Positions 51,133 through 64,000 of a stretch of DNA of 64,000 nt are shown piece after piece. Within the stretch, counting starts at the first letter, position 1; each line of letters opens with the position of its first letter. This DNA comes from the human T2T-CHM13v2.0 reference genome, Homo sapiens. The stretch is taken from assembly GCF_009914755.1 (NCBI RefSeq), contig NC_060928.1; one strand, given 5' to 3'. The notes below the pieces were generated by a model. That model was given only the letters and a program-made list of their open reading frames with translations. It was not told the origin of the DNA and did not search any database. Position numbers and translations under genes: made by a program.

Positions 51133-52132
51133 CAAACACTGAATCCCTTCCTAAATTACTAGGTGAAAAACTCTTATTTATTTCTTTGACAAACAAGAGG
51201 ATCATAATCTTGATCTCTGTCTGAAACTATTTCAGATGAAAAATTTCAAAGATTATCATTTAACATGGTCTGGGGTGACCTGCTTCATGACCCACTTCCT
51301 GCTAACACTGGAGGGATGTGTAGGCATTTGTCCCTAATTACTCTGTCTGGTTCCTTGCCTTGGGTCTAGACAGCATTGGGTTTGAGTCACTGGATACAAG
51401 GAGGAACTTTACTGCACAGCAATGAGAAGAGATTTGTAGAAGATTCACAGGTATTTCTTCCTTTTACTTCTCAAGGAAAGTGTTAATGTAAGGCATAATG
51501 TAAAACGTTTGATGTGATTATTTTAGAAAGTTATCCATAAGACACAAAAAAAGCAAATAATTGAGACTTTCACAAGTGCATTAAAGAATAATTAATGCAG
51601 CTTTCGACATGAGGCAGTGTATCAGAGCGCAGTTGTCCAGGCCAAATGCACAGAAGCTGACATTGGGCTAAATACAGTATTAAAATAGAGAAAGATGAGA
51701 CACTTTTGTCTTTGCAGCAGGTTCACTCAAGAAACAAATTCTTTCTAGAGAATATGAAAATCAGCTTAGGGATTTCTGAAAACCATTGTGAATCTCAGGA
51801 AGAGGGGTAAAGAAGTAAAAATAATTTAAGGGCTTATTGAAGAATGTTCTCAAGACAGTCTACTCTTGCATGTAGCAAGAATGGTAAACAGAAGTGAGAG
51901 GAGTGGGTAGGCAAGTTCCTGTGTACAACAACTTGGAGTTTGCGACCCATGAGTATTGGATTCCTGCTATCAAGAAATGATAAAGTGTGAGCACTGGATT
52001 CCTGCTATCCACAAATGATAAATGAAATTCTAAAGCTTTGAATTTCAACACTCTAATATTTTGTAGTTCTGACACTATGGCTAAAAGCAGCTATGGAAAA
52101 AAGTCAGGAAAGCAAAAGAAAGAACTGCATAT

Positions 52133-52395
<263 letters not shown>

Positions 52396-54164
52396 AGGAC
52401 GGACTTATTTACTGAACATTTTAAGAATCAGTTTTAAAATGGATCAATGCCACATTGCTGATGGTAGGCACTGGTTTAATGGCAACGTGCACTGGGAATC
52501 TGAAAGAACATAAATGGTAATTTGAAGAACATCAATAAAGCTTACAGAACAGATTTAAGACACAGAGCAGGAGCATTCTGTCATTACATTACTTCAATTC
52601 TCATTAAAATTATTACTAACCTGATTTCTTCCAGCGTAGGGACCTGTAAGGCTGTGCTAATCATTACAACCTACAGATGAGACGTGGTCATCCTGCCAAA
52701 ATTCCACAAAGGGCTATGCCCTTTCTCTTCAGCAAAGGCACCACTCTGTACTCCTGTGCCTTTGACCTGCCTCGAATCTCTACCACTAAATTAACCTTCA
52801 CAGAAAAACTCAGTTGGACAAGTCTGTGATGAGGAAAGTGGCATTCCTCAGTCTCAGAAGAAGGGAAGGAGATAGGAGGCACCTAGAGTCAGTTGCATAG
52901 ACATAAAGTCAGTGCAAAGACTCCAGCTGATACAGGGACATGATGTTCAGTGGTTCTAAGTTCTATGCCTTGTATGATTACAGAGCTAGGGTCTTACATA
53001 CAGCAAATATGGAATAAGAGTCCTGTCTTATTCCAGTGGTCTGGATTCTAAGTCTCCAGTAAGTACTTTATTTCAAAGAGGACACATCTTTGGCAGTGTG
53101 GTATAGCTATGAATGAGCTCCTCCAACAAAAGGGTGATGTCTTGAGGGAGAAAGCTATAATTAAACAATAATGAAAACCATCACATTTACATTAGCTTAC
53201 AAAGTGCTTCCATGACCCTTATCTCATTTGGATCTCATTATCACCCTGCAAGAAAGGTATTAATAAATATCCCATGTTTCAGAGAAGGACAAGAAAGCTC
53301 AGCAAAGTCCAAAAGCAGTAGAACTCAATCCTGTTTTCTTTCACCAAACCATGATGCAGCCCATTTTCTGGTTCTCTAAGAGCACGCAGCTCCCGTCACT
53401 ACGTGGGTCTCAAAAGTTGACCTAGAGTGGGCCACTAGGCCTCAGAGGCAAGAGTGAGAATTGTCAAGCTGCAAACACGCAGCCAAACAACAAAGCATCA
53501 CTATGGAACCTTCGCCTTCCTCCTAAAATGCTGTCATCATCTGTGTTTATGTTTTAGAAATGTTTATGTAATATCATGTGAATGTGCTAATGAACAGTAC
53601 AATCAATCAGTATATTATTCACAAGCCTTGTGATTCCCAGGACAAGCTGATAAATGGGATGTCAAGAAAGAATGTAAGCTATTCTTGCATATTCAGAAAA
53701 ATCCCATCCACAGAACAAAGAAACATCCATTTTAAGGAATGAATTTATGTGCCTATGTTTTTCACCTTCCCCTTAATTTTCCAGTTTACGCTACAAATTT
53801 CTTCACGCTCTCAATTCTTCCAGCTAACTAGAAATGCTCAAGATATCTTCTCTACCTTGTTACATCTAATTCTTGACCATAATTACAACTGATTTCACCG
53901 GAATTTGGATATATCTATTAAAAGATCTGTGGGAATTCATTTTCTCCACACACCCTATTTAATCATTTCAATGTGTAAATGTGGAGACACTGTAAGTCAA
54001 TGTAAATAATGTTTTCTTTTGCTTAACATAACCTGAATTTTTCCTTCTCCTCTTACTACTAATTCAGTTGTTTTCTCTAAAGAAAAGTGTTAATTTAACT
54101 CCCTCTTCCTCTTAAAAAATTCTAAGTAGTTGATGTTTTGAGGTTTAAAGATATTCAAAAGAAA

Positions 54165-54730
54165 TAGAAAACAGTTTTGCAGTTCCTCAAAAAGGTAAAC
54201 ATAGAACTACCATACGACCCAGTGATGCCACTCCTTCTGAAAGAATTGAAATCATATATTCACATGAATACACATATACAAATGTTAACAATGTTAAAAA
54301 CTGAAAACAACTCAAAATGTCCATCAACTGATGAATGGATAAACAAATTGTGGTACATATAATGCAATGTAATATTATTCATCTATGAAAAAGAAGAAAG
54401 TACTGACATTCAATGGATGAACTCTGAAAACATTCTGTTAAGTGAATAAACCATAAACAGAAAGGCCACATATTATATGATATGTATATGTATATGTATA
54501 TGAAATGTCCGGACCAGGCAAAGTCATAGTAACAAAGTAGATGAGGGGTTGCCAGGGGCTAAGTGGAGGCAGTAATTGAGAATGACTGCTAACAGATACC
54601 GGGTTTCTGTTTGGAGTGATGGAATTAGACAGTGGTGATAGTTGTACAACATAGTGAATATACCAAAAACCACTGATTGAAGGCTAATTTTACTTTATAC
54701 AGAAGGCAAATCCAAGTGAAATTTTACCAA
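54165..54730 (+). mobile_element. L1MB-type fragment
   Basis: FLKKVNIELPYDP...KCPSTDEWINKLWYI ORF2 remnant followed by L1MB-like 3'UTR. Confidence 0.8.
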
Positions 54731-54736
54731 GTGAAA

Positions 54737-54832
54737 TTTATATATATATAAAAATACAATAAATATTATATATAAATTATATATATAAAATATATATATA
54801 AATTATTATATAATAATAATATACATATTATA
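54737..54832. repeat. AT-rich (TA)n low-complexity tract
   Basis: Direct reading. Confidence 0.85.
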
Positions 54833-55475
54833 TCTCTGAACATTGTAATTTCACATGTAGTGATGACAGGGGAATTCCAGCAAGCTAAAATTGGGATGCT
54901 ATATAACCAGTGTCCAACCCACAGCAAAGTACGACATATTGTATATGTTTAGGCAGACAGGTGACACCCAAACTATCGTATGAAGGACATACCTATGAAT
55001 GCTCTTTCCCACTCCCCGCCCTCAATTCCTGGGCCTATCTCCCCATGATGGCAAAAGGGCTGTTATTAGTTTTCCTTGCCCCTCCCCTTCCAGGGCTCTC
55101 TCTGGAGTTCCATAAATGGCATCAATCTGACTCTCTGGGGGCATGCCGGTGAACTGACAGCTAGGAGTTGGAGGTGTGCCTTTTCAGGTATCCTCCAAAC
55201 TGCCAGAGGACAATTAGGGAATGTGCAAGCCTCCTGGGAGTCCGCACTGTCTTCTAGGCTTGTTCTCAGCTGCCAGGTGAGAGATAGGCATGTGACACGG
55301 GAGCTGAAGAGAACGTGCAGACTCTAAAATCACAGGCATGAGCAAAAGTCTCTGTCATCAGGCCCAGTTAGTCTTCATCAATAACCTGGAAACGATACAT
55401 ATTTAACCCTCAGAGCTTAATACTATGGGTTTACGTTTTTCCTACATTTAAAAACACTGCTTTTTTTAAACTTAA

Positions 55476-55793
<318 letters not shown>

Positions 55794-57517
55794 TGAACCC
55801 GCTTTTAATATCCACTCCTTAAGAAGACTACTAGGGTTCTAATGAAAAGGTTAAAAGCCACTCTTTGAATTTCAAAAATTGTTTTTACCTCAAACATCTC
55901 CATTTTCCCAAGTGTTTTCAAAATTAATTTTAATAATGTTTCAAATCATGAGTTGTACAGCTATGAATGAAAATTTTAAGTCTTCTATCTCGTTTCTCTA
56001 TAGACCTGGTGAAATTCTTATGATAGAGCAATGGATATGATCCCATCTCTCCCAATTTAAGGTCTCTATCAAAGCTTTCATTAGCCTCCCATCACAGGAT
56101 ATGTGCAAAGTGACTCCTGGGCTTGAGATGAAATATTCATTTACCTTATAAAGAAAGGGGGGAAACTTCCACTTCAAAGTAATCAAGTGCAAAGCAGTTT
56201 ATTAATGTAGAATTCCAGAGCTGAAGGAGCCTAAGCGTTCAATAAATTCTAACCACCCTCAGTCAGTCAATGACGAAAGTGATATTCAGACAAGTCAGGC
56301 AGCTGGGTCTGCAGTCGGGCTCCAAATGTTGCCACCCCGAATCCAGTGCCCCACCTGGGATACAAAGCTACTACCAGACCCAGTCACAAATGCTCAGAGG
56401 TGAGCCCAGATATGGCTCAGGGAGATCAACGGTCTGATCAGTCAATTTCACCTATCCAACTCAAAAAGTACTTAAGTAAATAAATGCCTACCATGTTAAG
56501 GTGCTATCCCAAGGAAGCATGACAAGGAGACAAAGATAAGTAAAATCTCATCACTATTCCCAAGAAACTTAGTATCTACTCAAGGAGGTAAGACATATAT
56601 GCAAACACCTATAATGTGTAATGTTAAGAACAAAACCAGCCATTAGGAGATGAAACTCCAGGCAGGAGGTAATAAGGAAGGGAAGAAGACAGTAACAGCC
56701 TGGGTGTGCCGGGTGAAGGGGAAAGGCCAGGAGAAAGAGGCTTCCAGGTTTTCAAGATTGAGGCTGCCTTTACGGACTAGGATGGGGCAGGCAGGCAGGA
56801 TGAGGAAAGATGATGGGCTTCATTTTCAGTGTCCAGTGGAAGCAAGCCAGCGACAATATGGTGCACTGATGTACACACATTAGGGTACTTTTGTTGTCGT
56901 TTCATGCAACACAAGTTATAAAGTGACTTGTATGAGGTCATCGGGCTGCAAAGTGGTAGAGCCAGCACTAGACTCTAAAGCTCAACTTCTGGTTCCGAGC
57001 CATCCCATAGCTCCAGAAGACTACCTATCCTGGATGAGTTGCAAAGATCAGTGGGAGAAATACAAATTATTTTTCCAAAACCCAGTCAAGTTGGTCAAAA
57101 ATATGCAAGAAAAAGTGACATTACATGGTCATCTAAAAACACTCACCAATGAAGGGGAGTTTACACATATTTACATTCCTTTTCTACTTCTGTGAGTGCA
57201 CAGAGAGAGGAAACCCATCTGCATGGAGGCGGACACAGGTTGAAAAATGGGTAGTGACAGAAGAATGAGAAAAAATCAGACAGCAGGTCAGATACAAGCA
57301 TTGTCACCCAGAGTCCAACAGCTGGCTGGTCACTTGTGCATGATTGGAAAATACAAAAAAACCCCACATCTCACATGCCTCTTAAGATAAAAAGACTCAT
57401 TGATCTTGCTCGAAAGGACTGAGCCTTTAAACAATCCACTCTCTCTGCCCCTCATTATGACTTTTATTGGTTTTATTCTGCACGAATATATGGACCCATG
57501 CCTCGGAAGAAGAGCTG

Positions 57518-57533
57518 AGGTCAATGACCTTTG
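57518..57533. promoter_or_regulatory. Perfect IR1 nuclear-receptor element (candidate FXR/RXR) overlapping an NBRE
   Basis: AGGTCA-A-TGACCT-TTG; motif match only. Confidence 0.4.
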
Positions 57534-59689
57534 CAGGCAAACTTGATAGAATTTATAAGCAGAGAGACAGAGAAAGGTGTTTTTTTTTTTTTTCTTTTTT
57601 TGGTAAAGATCACACAGATCTAGCAGCCTGACTTCTGGGAAAAATATGAAATTTCGTAGAAAGTCTACAAAGAGAAAAAAAGACCAGAAGTATATGCACT
57701 GAAATGTAAACCACAATATTAACTTGTGAGACTATAGGTAATTTTCGTCTCTTATGCTTTCCAAAATTTTTATCTAGAATATTGTGCATAATCCTTACAA
57801 TCAGGGAAAAGGCTTATTTTATTTTTTTTAAAGGGAAATGGTGGTGCTACTTGAGCTGTCTTGTAAAAAAAAAAATTGTATACTTTGAAATTTATTTTGG
57901 ATAGTCACTGAAGTCAGATGCATATAAATTTTCTAGCTTTTCATAAAGTTTCTCCCTATGTTGCTGTCAAGGAAGTAACTATCATCTTTTTGTCACTCTC
58001 TGAGAACATTTTAGCTCTTCTGAAGGACAGTAAAATAGGATGTTATGTCCTTTGACTATCATGGAGTCTAACAGTCCAATTTCACTCTTCACCCCCGCCC
58101 CCCAACATGCTGCTTCTCACTGCCATTTTCCCCGTTACTGATAAGAGAAAGAACAACAGACAGAAAACCTACTACAGGCACATAACTCAAAAGGACAATT
58201 ACCACATGAAGATGCTTATACTGATCTTCTAGATGCTTACAGCTAGGAGATCCCCAGAAAGCACAGCTCTCACAATTCAATTCAGAGTCAGACATCCACA
58301 GTGCTAAAGCGGGCTAGAAAGGGACAGGTCTCCTGGGCAGGGACAGGGAAAAGCAAAGCAAGCTACAAAGTGAGGCTGGTCTTCGCTTTAATTCAAGAGA
58401 GAGATGCAAGTTTCGATGAGACCCAACCATCTATTCAATCACTCTGGAAAGTGTATAGTTACAAAGGACCTCAACCTTGATACACAGCTTTTAACAGTGT
58501 GCTTCGACTTTGAGGTTTCCTTTCCAGTTGCTCAGACTTTCCACATCAACCTTCAGGTGCTTTGCAAGAGATGACTGTTTTGTAACAAGCCTAACATTGT
58601 GCTGGTAATAAAAAAAGGTCTTAGATTATCATCATCTTATCTGCAATCAGTTTGTCATAGCACCTCTTTCTTACTTTCAGCTTCTTCTAGATTTGACTCA
58701 CTCGTAGTATACCCTTTCTCCTTGCAACCTGACCTGGTTAAGAGATGCAGCGCTAATAATATTTTTCTGGACTTGATTTTTCCTATCCAACCTAAAGCAT
58801 GACATAAAGATGCTGTTCTCCTTCTGTATGTATAAAATAAATTATATTAAAATGTGGGAGATGTCCAGTGGTCTTGGAACTGGGGATACTTCCATCAAAA
58901 TAAGAGCAGCCACACTGTCAGGAGAAACATGCAAGTGCTGCAGTCCCACTTGTTCATCTCACCAGACTTTTCCATGTGGTAAACAGGATCACTCAAGAAA
59001 CCAATACAAATCACTAACTTCTCAGTTTCTTTATTTATAAGATACACATGCACTGCGTTAGGATTAGCAGTTAAATATTAGGATAAAAAATAAACAGAAA
59101 ACAAGCAAACGAGCTCTTCCTGTTGAGCTGCAAGTTTCTCTCTCCTCCTTCATACTCTTACCCTCTTAATTACATTAAAAAGATCTGGACTGAAGATCGT
59201 ACAAATAGAGTTGACTTATGTGTGTATTTCATTTTGTATCTGCAACCAGGAATACAGGATTGGAACCAGACCAAGGATCAAATTCAATAGGTCTCTCCAG
59301 TGTCCCCAGCTTAGCATGCAAACTTTGATGTGCAAAAACTTAACATTTCTACCTAGGGATGTAGTTTTGATAACAAAGGAGCTTGGCAGACAAAGGGTAA
59401 TTTGTTAAATCTGCTAGAAGCTACTTATCTGCTGTGGGCATGCAATCTTTAGGCATATTTCAGTTAGCCCCTGTGCAGAACTAATTAAATTGGAGGAAAG
59501 AAGAGAAATCCACTCCTTGTAAGGCCATCAACTATTACGTCTCAGTGTTTTTAGCCTGAGCACTTCCTCGGCGCTCAATTCATTTCAATTATTAACAGAC
59601 AGAAGCTAAACGCTGTTGACTTGCTGGAGGCTGTAATCACCTAGAAAGGCCTCTAAAAATGAAAAAGGGACAAGTTGTTTTCCAGTATG

Positions 59690-59935
59690 GAAGGTGATTA
59701 AGCATGAACTCCAGAGACAGACTGCCTGGGTTTGAATATCACTTCTGTCACTTACCAACTGGGTGATCTTTGGTAAGTCTCTCCATCTCCATGTGCCTAG
59801 TTTTTCCTCATTTGTAAAATGGTATTAAGAACAGAGTGACCCTTGAAGGACTGTATGAGCAGGACATGCATTAATATTTGCAAACCACTTAGAACAGCAT
59901 CTGGCACATAGCAAGTACTATGTAAGTGTTAAAAC
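59690..59935 (+). mobile_element. MIR
   Basis: AGACTGCCTGGGTTTGAAT...TTCCTCATTTGTAAAATGG...CTGGCACATAG. Confidence 0.8.
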
Positions 59936-61943
59936 AAAACATGTGAAGTGCTTAGAATGGTGACCAATAGGCACTAGATATTACCACTCCCATCTAATGT
60001 AAGTTTTAATCTAGAAAACAGAAGGCAAAACATTCAGGGTACTGAATAAGACATTCCCTCAGGTTCTAAACTATGGCCTCTTACTGTATACATAGAGATG
60101 GTTTTTTTAATCCAGAGAAGTTATTTTCCATCATCAAGTGTCCCAGGCTGAGATGGGAGGCTCTTGGGGAAGGGGGGCAGGCACAGCAGGTCTACAAAAT
60201 ACACACCTGCCCAGCCTCATAATTAAAAAGAAGTCACCATTAGAGAACACAGATTTGTTTGAAGTTCACGGGAGCTTTACCAATACAAATTAGTTTCTCC
60301 CAGTATTTCAAGCAATTATCACTTTTAAAGTCTAGTGGGGGAAAGGTGTGAAAGGGAAAGTAATGAGGATTTGTATTAGAACTGTTCTCTTCAGCAAGAG
60401 CACGAAGCCTCCAGTAGGAGGGGAGATGCAGAAGAATGGCAGGTGGCATTGTTGGCAAACAGTTTTCCAAGTAGAAAATTAACATTCTCCAAACAATACT
60501 TAACTGTTAAATGTTTCTGCCTTTCCTATTTTGAGTACAGCAGCAGGGGTCACTAAGTATTATAAACCATTTCCTTATAGAGCATGTTTTCACTTTCTAA
60601 AATTAACAAGTTTCACTATTCTTGTTTCTCTGAAGTCAGAATTTTTCTCAAACATGATACATTGCAGGCATTTACTATCTCTACAACTTAATAGCCTTAC
60701 TACGCCCCTAGTGAAACTACTGCTTGTCTGTTGCCTAGAAGGTTGCTAATAGGATGATTGCAATTGTCTTTGAGATTGAATTTTTATGGATATTTTAAAG
60801 CAAAAAAACACAATGGAGCTTTTTTCCCCACTAAAGAGACAGACATATCAATGTTCTTTCTTTCTTTACTCTCCTAAGAATGGTATCACTGCTTCTCTCA
60901 GGAAATCACCACAGCTGATCTGTGCCCCACCCCCTGCAATGGGCACATCATGCGGGTCTCCTAGGTATGCGACAAGACTGACAGACCTGGCCTCAAACCT
61001 CGACCCTGCTCCCTTCCATCATCCTCGTTGAGTGACTTAACCGCTGCTTCCTCAGCTGTAAAATGAAGATAATATCCACCTTACAGTTTTGTAGTAAGAA
61101 TTACAGAAAATATGCAGAATTCACAGCCCTTCATGGCTGCTTAGTAAGCACACTGCAATCTTTCCTATTATTTCAAACTTTGAGTAGGTCCTAGAACCAT
61201 AATATCTCTGAAATCTGTCCAGACTCTAGGTTACAACTCATTTTATGGCATTTCAATGAAGATGAACACTTACTAAATTGGATGAAAGATAGGTAAACTA
61301 GTATATAGAAAGATGACCTAACAATTGGGTAAAATTGGATCAGTAATTTTCTCTAAGTTCTTCCAAGGCAAAATATAGTGCTAATCAATAACTACCCCCA
61401 ATATTTCCATAGGATACACCAAATGAAAGAACACATAATGAAAAGGAAGAAAGAATTATTCATGTTAATGATGCAAACAGAGCCCCTGTAAGGACAAATG
61501 AAGAAATGCAAGATGTGCCCAGGTGGTTGTGACAGTCTCTGCCTTCCTTCCATTCCCACTGGCTTTTTTCCTGAATGTATCTAAAGCTGTGATGACTGCA
61601 CAAGAGATGCATTATTATCCTGATTCTCAGCACATTGGCCTGTAGCTAATCTTTGAAAGCACCACCTGCTGAGTGTACCTGGGGACCCAGCCAATGAACT
61701 GCATCATTGACTAAGTCACCTTCCAGCAACCAGGCCATCTTGCAGGCCACACAACTCCTGCCTGAAGGGAGGAAAGGAGGGGAAAACAGGAGATGCCTGC
61801 AAAAAGTGATTCTTTATCTTTTGTAGCCACCATATATATTTCCAGCCCTAACTGTCATTTATTACCATTTACCTTATTTAATCAGAGGAGGAAGAGTAAA
61901 GAAAAAATGAGGTAGAGGGAGGCAAGAAAGGTGCTGGCATACA

Positions 61944-62228
61944 GGCCAGGCGTGGTGGCTCACGCCTGTAATCCTAGCACTTTGGGAGGCCAAGGCAGGT
62001 GAATTGCTTGAGCTCAGGAGTTCGAAACCAGCCTGGGCAACATGGCGAAACTCTGTCTCTACAAAAAAATACAAAAAAATTAGCAGGGCATGGTGGTGCA
62101 CCCTTCCAGTCCAGCTACTCAGAAGGTTGAGGTGGGCGATCACCTAAGCTTGGGAGCTCCAGTGAGCTGTGATTGCGCCACTGTACTCTAGCCTGGGTGA
62201 CAGACTGAGAACCTGTCTCAGGTTAAAA
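61944..62228 (+). mobile_element. Alu (J/S-like)
   Basis: Full dimer; TSD-like AAAGGTGCTGGCATACA / AAAAGTACTGACATACA. Confidence 0.9.
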
Positions 62229-62779
62229 AGTAAAAGTACTGACATACAAAAAAAGTGGCAGCAGGATTTAGGTCCTAGTCTTATGGTGGACTATTGACAC
62301 TGTATCTTCTCATCTGTGAAATCGACCCTGCCCTAATTCCCCTACAAGGCTCAGCAGCTAGTGATCTGAGTATGCAAAGAGCTCGGCTGTTGGAAACAGG
62401 CAAAAAACAGTGGTAATGACCTGTTGGGAGTTCAATGGTGCTAGGATGTTGGGAGGTCAGGCATTGATACACACTGTGTGGCTGCTGGGGCATTAGAAGC
62501 TTCCATCTCTGGAACCCTGTCCTATGAGCTTATGATGGTTTTCGTGTGGTCAGATGAAGGCTGTGAGGTCTCTGCTTCTGTAAGCAGAGGTCCAAGGACC
62601 AAAGCCAATACAAATAGCTCCTAGGCTTGAGAGTCAGTTTTTCGCTGCATGCCCCATGCCTGGGGTAGAGTGTTCTGATCCTGGTTTCTCCAGGCAATGA
62701 GAAAAATGTCCCTTGCAATGCCATTCAGGACTGTGTGATGGCCAGTCCCACCCACCCATGGGCACACAGCCATGAGGCA

Positions 62780-63015
62780 GTAAGAGGATGACGCCTGAAG
62801 CCAGACTGCCAGGGGCTGAATCTCAACTCTGACACTTATTGTACAACCTTGGGCATGTTACTTATTCTTTCTGTGCCTTGATTTTTCCTCATTGGAAAAT
62901 AAGGATCATGATGACAGTACCTATTTCATAGGGTTGTTAAGGATTAAGTGAGCTGCTATTAGTTAAGTTCTTAGAATGATTTCTGGCTCGTAATGATATA
63001 TAAGTATGTTTGTTA
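62780..63015 (+). mobile_element. MIR
   Basis: GAAGCCAGACTGCC...CCTTGGGCATGTTACTTA...ACAGTACCTATTTCATAGGGTTGTT. Confidence 0.8.
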
Positions 63016-64000
63016 ACTAGATAAAATGTAAAGATAAATCAGCATCAGCTGCACAGTAAACAAATGTCATTACCTGCAAGTGGGATTAGTACAAATAGTT
63101 TCACATAATTAGTATATGCTCCTGATTTTAATCCTACACCCTTGTAGAGAAACAGCCTTCTCAGAAAAGGCAGAGTCAAACCAGAGTCTAACTCTACAAA
63201 GTAAAATATTATCTGTCTCTAAGACATCCCCCAGCTACCCATTAAGTACACCATTAGACAATGTCATCAAAGCACTGTCAGAAACCACCCTGTTGGAGGA
63301 AAAACAACATTAGAATGGCAGAAGCCCAGGAATGGAAGCCTGATGCTGCCACATCTCTGAGCTGTGGAATGCTATCCGAGGTGAGATGTTCTTATAGTGA
63401 AACAGACAGGGTGTGTTTTTTAATTAATACAATGATGGAAACCATTCTCTTTGTTTAGTGCCATACAGTTCACTAAAGAGGAAGAAATACATTTTGCCAG
63501 TAAATCTATTCAGATTTTTCAATCTGGAAATCAGAAAGAAAGCTACATGGAACCAGATAGCATTTTGAGAACGGCAGAAAAAAGGTAGAAGAGCTCCAGA
63601 GCACTAGTTGCTGCCAGGGGCATGTGTCAGGGAGGAGAGCCAGCTGAGTTTGGGTGGGGGAAGTGCAGATCTCCGCAGCTGTGTTACAGGGGAGAAGGGA
63701 ACACCTACTGAACGACTGTCTTTTGACAAGTCCTGAAACAAACCCACACACAAAGAAATTGTTGTGGGGGTGGGAGGGAAACGGGGACCAAAGTTAGGGA
63801 GTACCCACCCTGCCACAAGCCCACTGCCTGTACAGTCAGGCTCACCTAAAACATCCTGTTTTTGCCGCAGATCACAGCACCCTAAACCCAAGTCTGCATC
63901 TAGTGCTGTCAAAATACCAAAACATACAACAACTACAAATCTGCTCTTCGAAGAATTCAACAGGACCTCCCTGGCACTCCTTCAAATGGGAGGATGGGCA

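Overview
Primate (human-like) genomic DNA lying entirely inside LEF1 (lymphoid enhancer-binding factor 1, TCF/LEF HMG-box family) on the minus strand. Eight exons (conventionally 4-11) can be placed to the base from GT-AG boundaries. They splice in frame to SNKVPVVQ...HMG box...GKKKKRKREKLQESASGTGPRMTAAYI*. The 5' exons and the terminal 3'UTR exon fall outside the window. Introns hold about 20 Alus, L1/L2/MIR fragments, MaLR LTRs, hAT DNA-transposon relics and a rare SVA2-type VNTR retroelement inserted into an AluJ. No prokaryotic system is present. The strongest unexplained structure is a perfect 211-bp inverted repeat of apparently non-TE sequence (586-796 / 1157-1367, 360-bp spacer) in the last intron, whose junctions fit a template-switch origin. 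Other leads are exon junctions that rebuild 5' splice sites (possible recursive splicing of the NLS exon and the tail exon), a triple TCF/LEF site, a perfect IR1 nuclear-receptor element and short perfect palindromes. Repeat subfamily names and boundaries are by eye and approximate.
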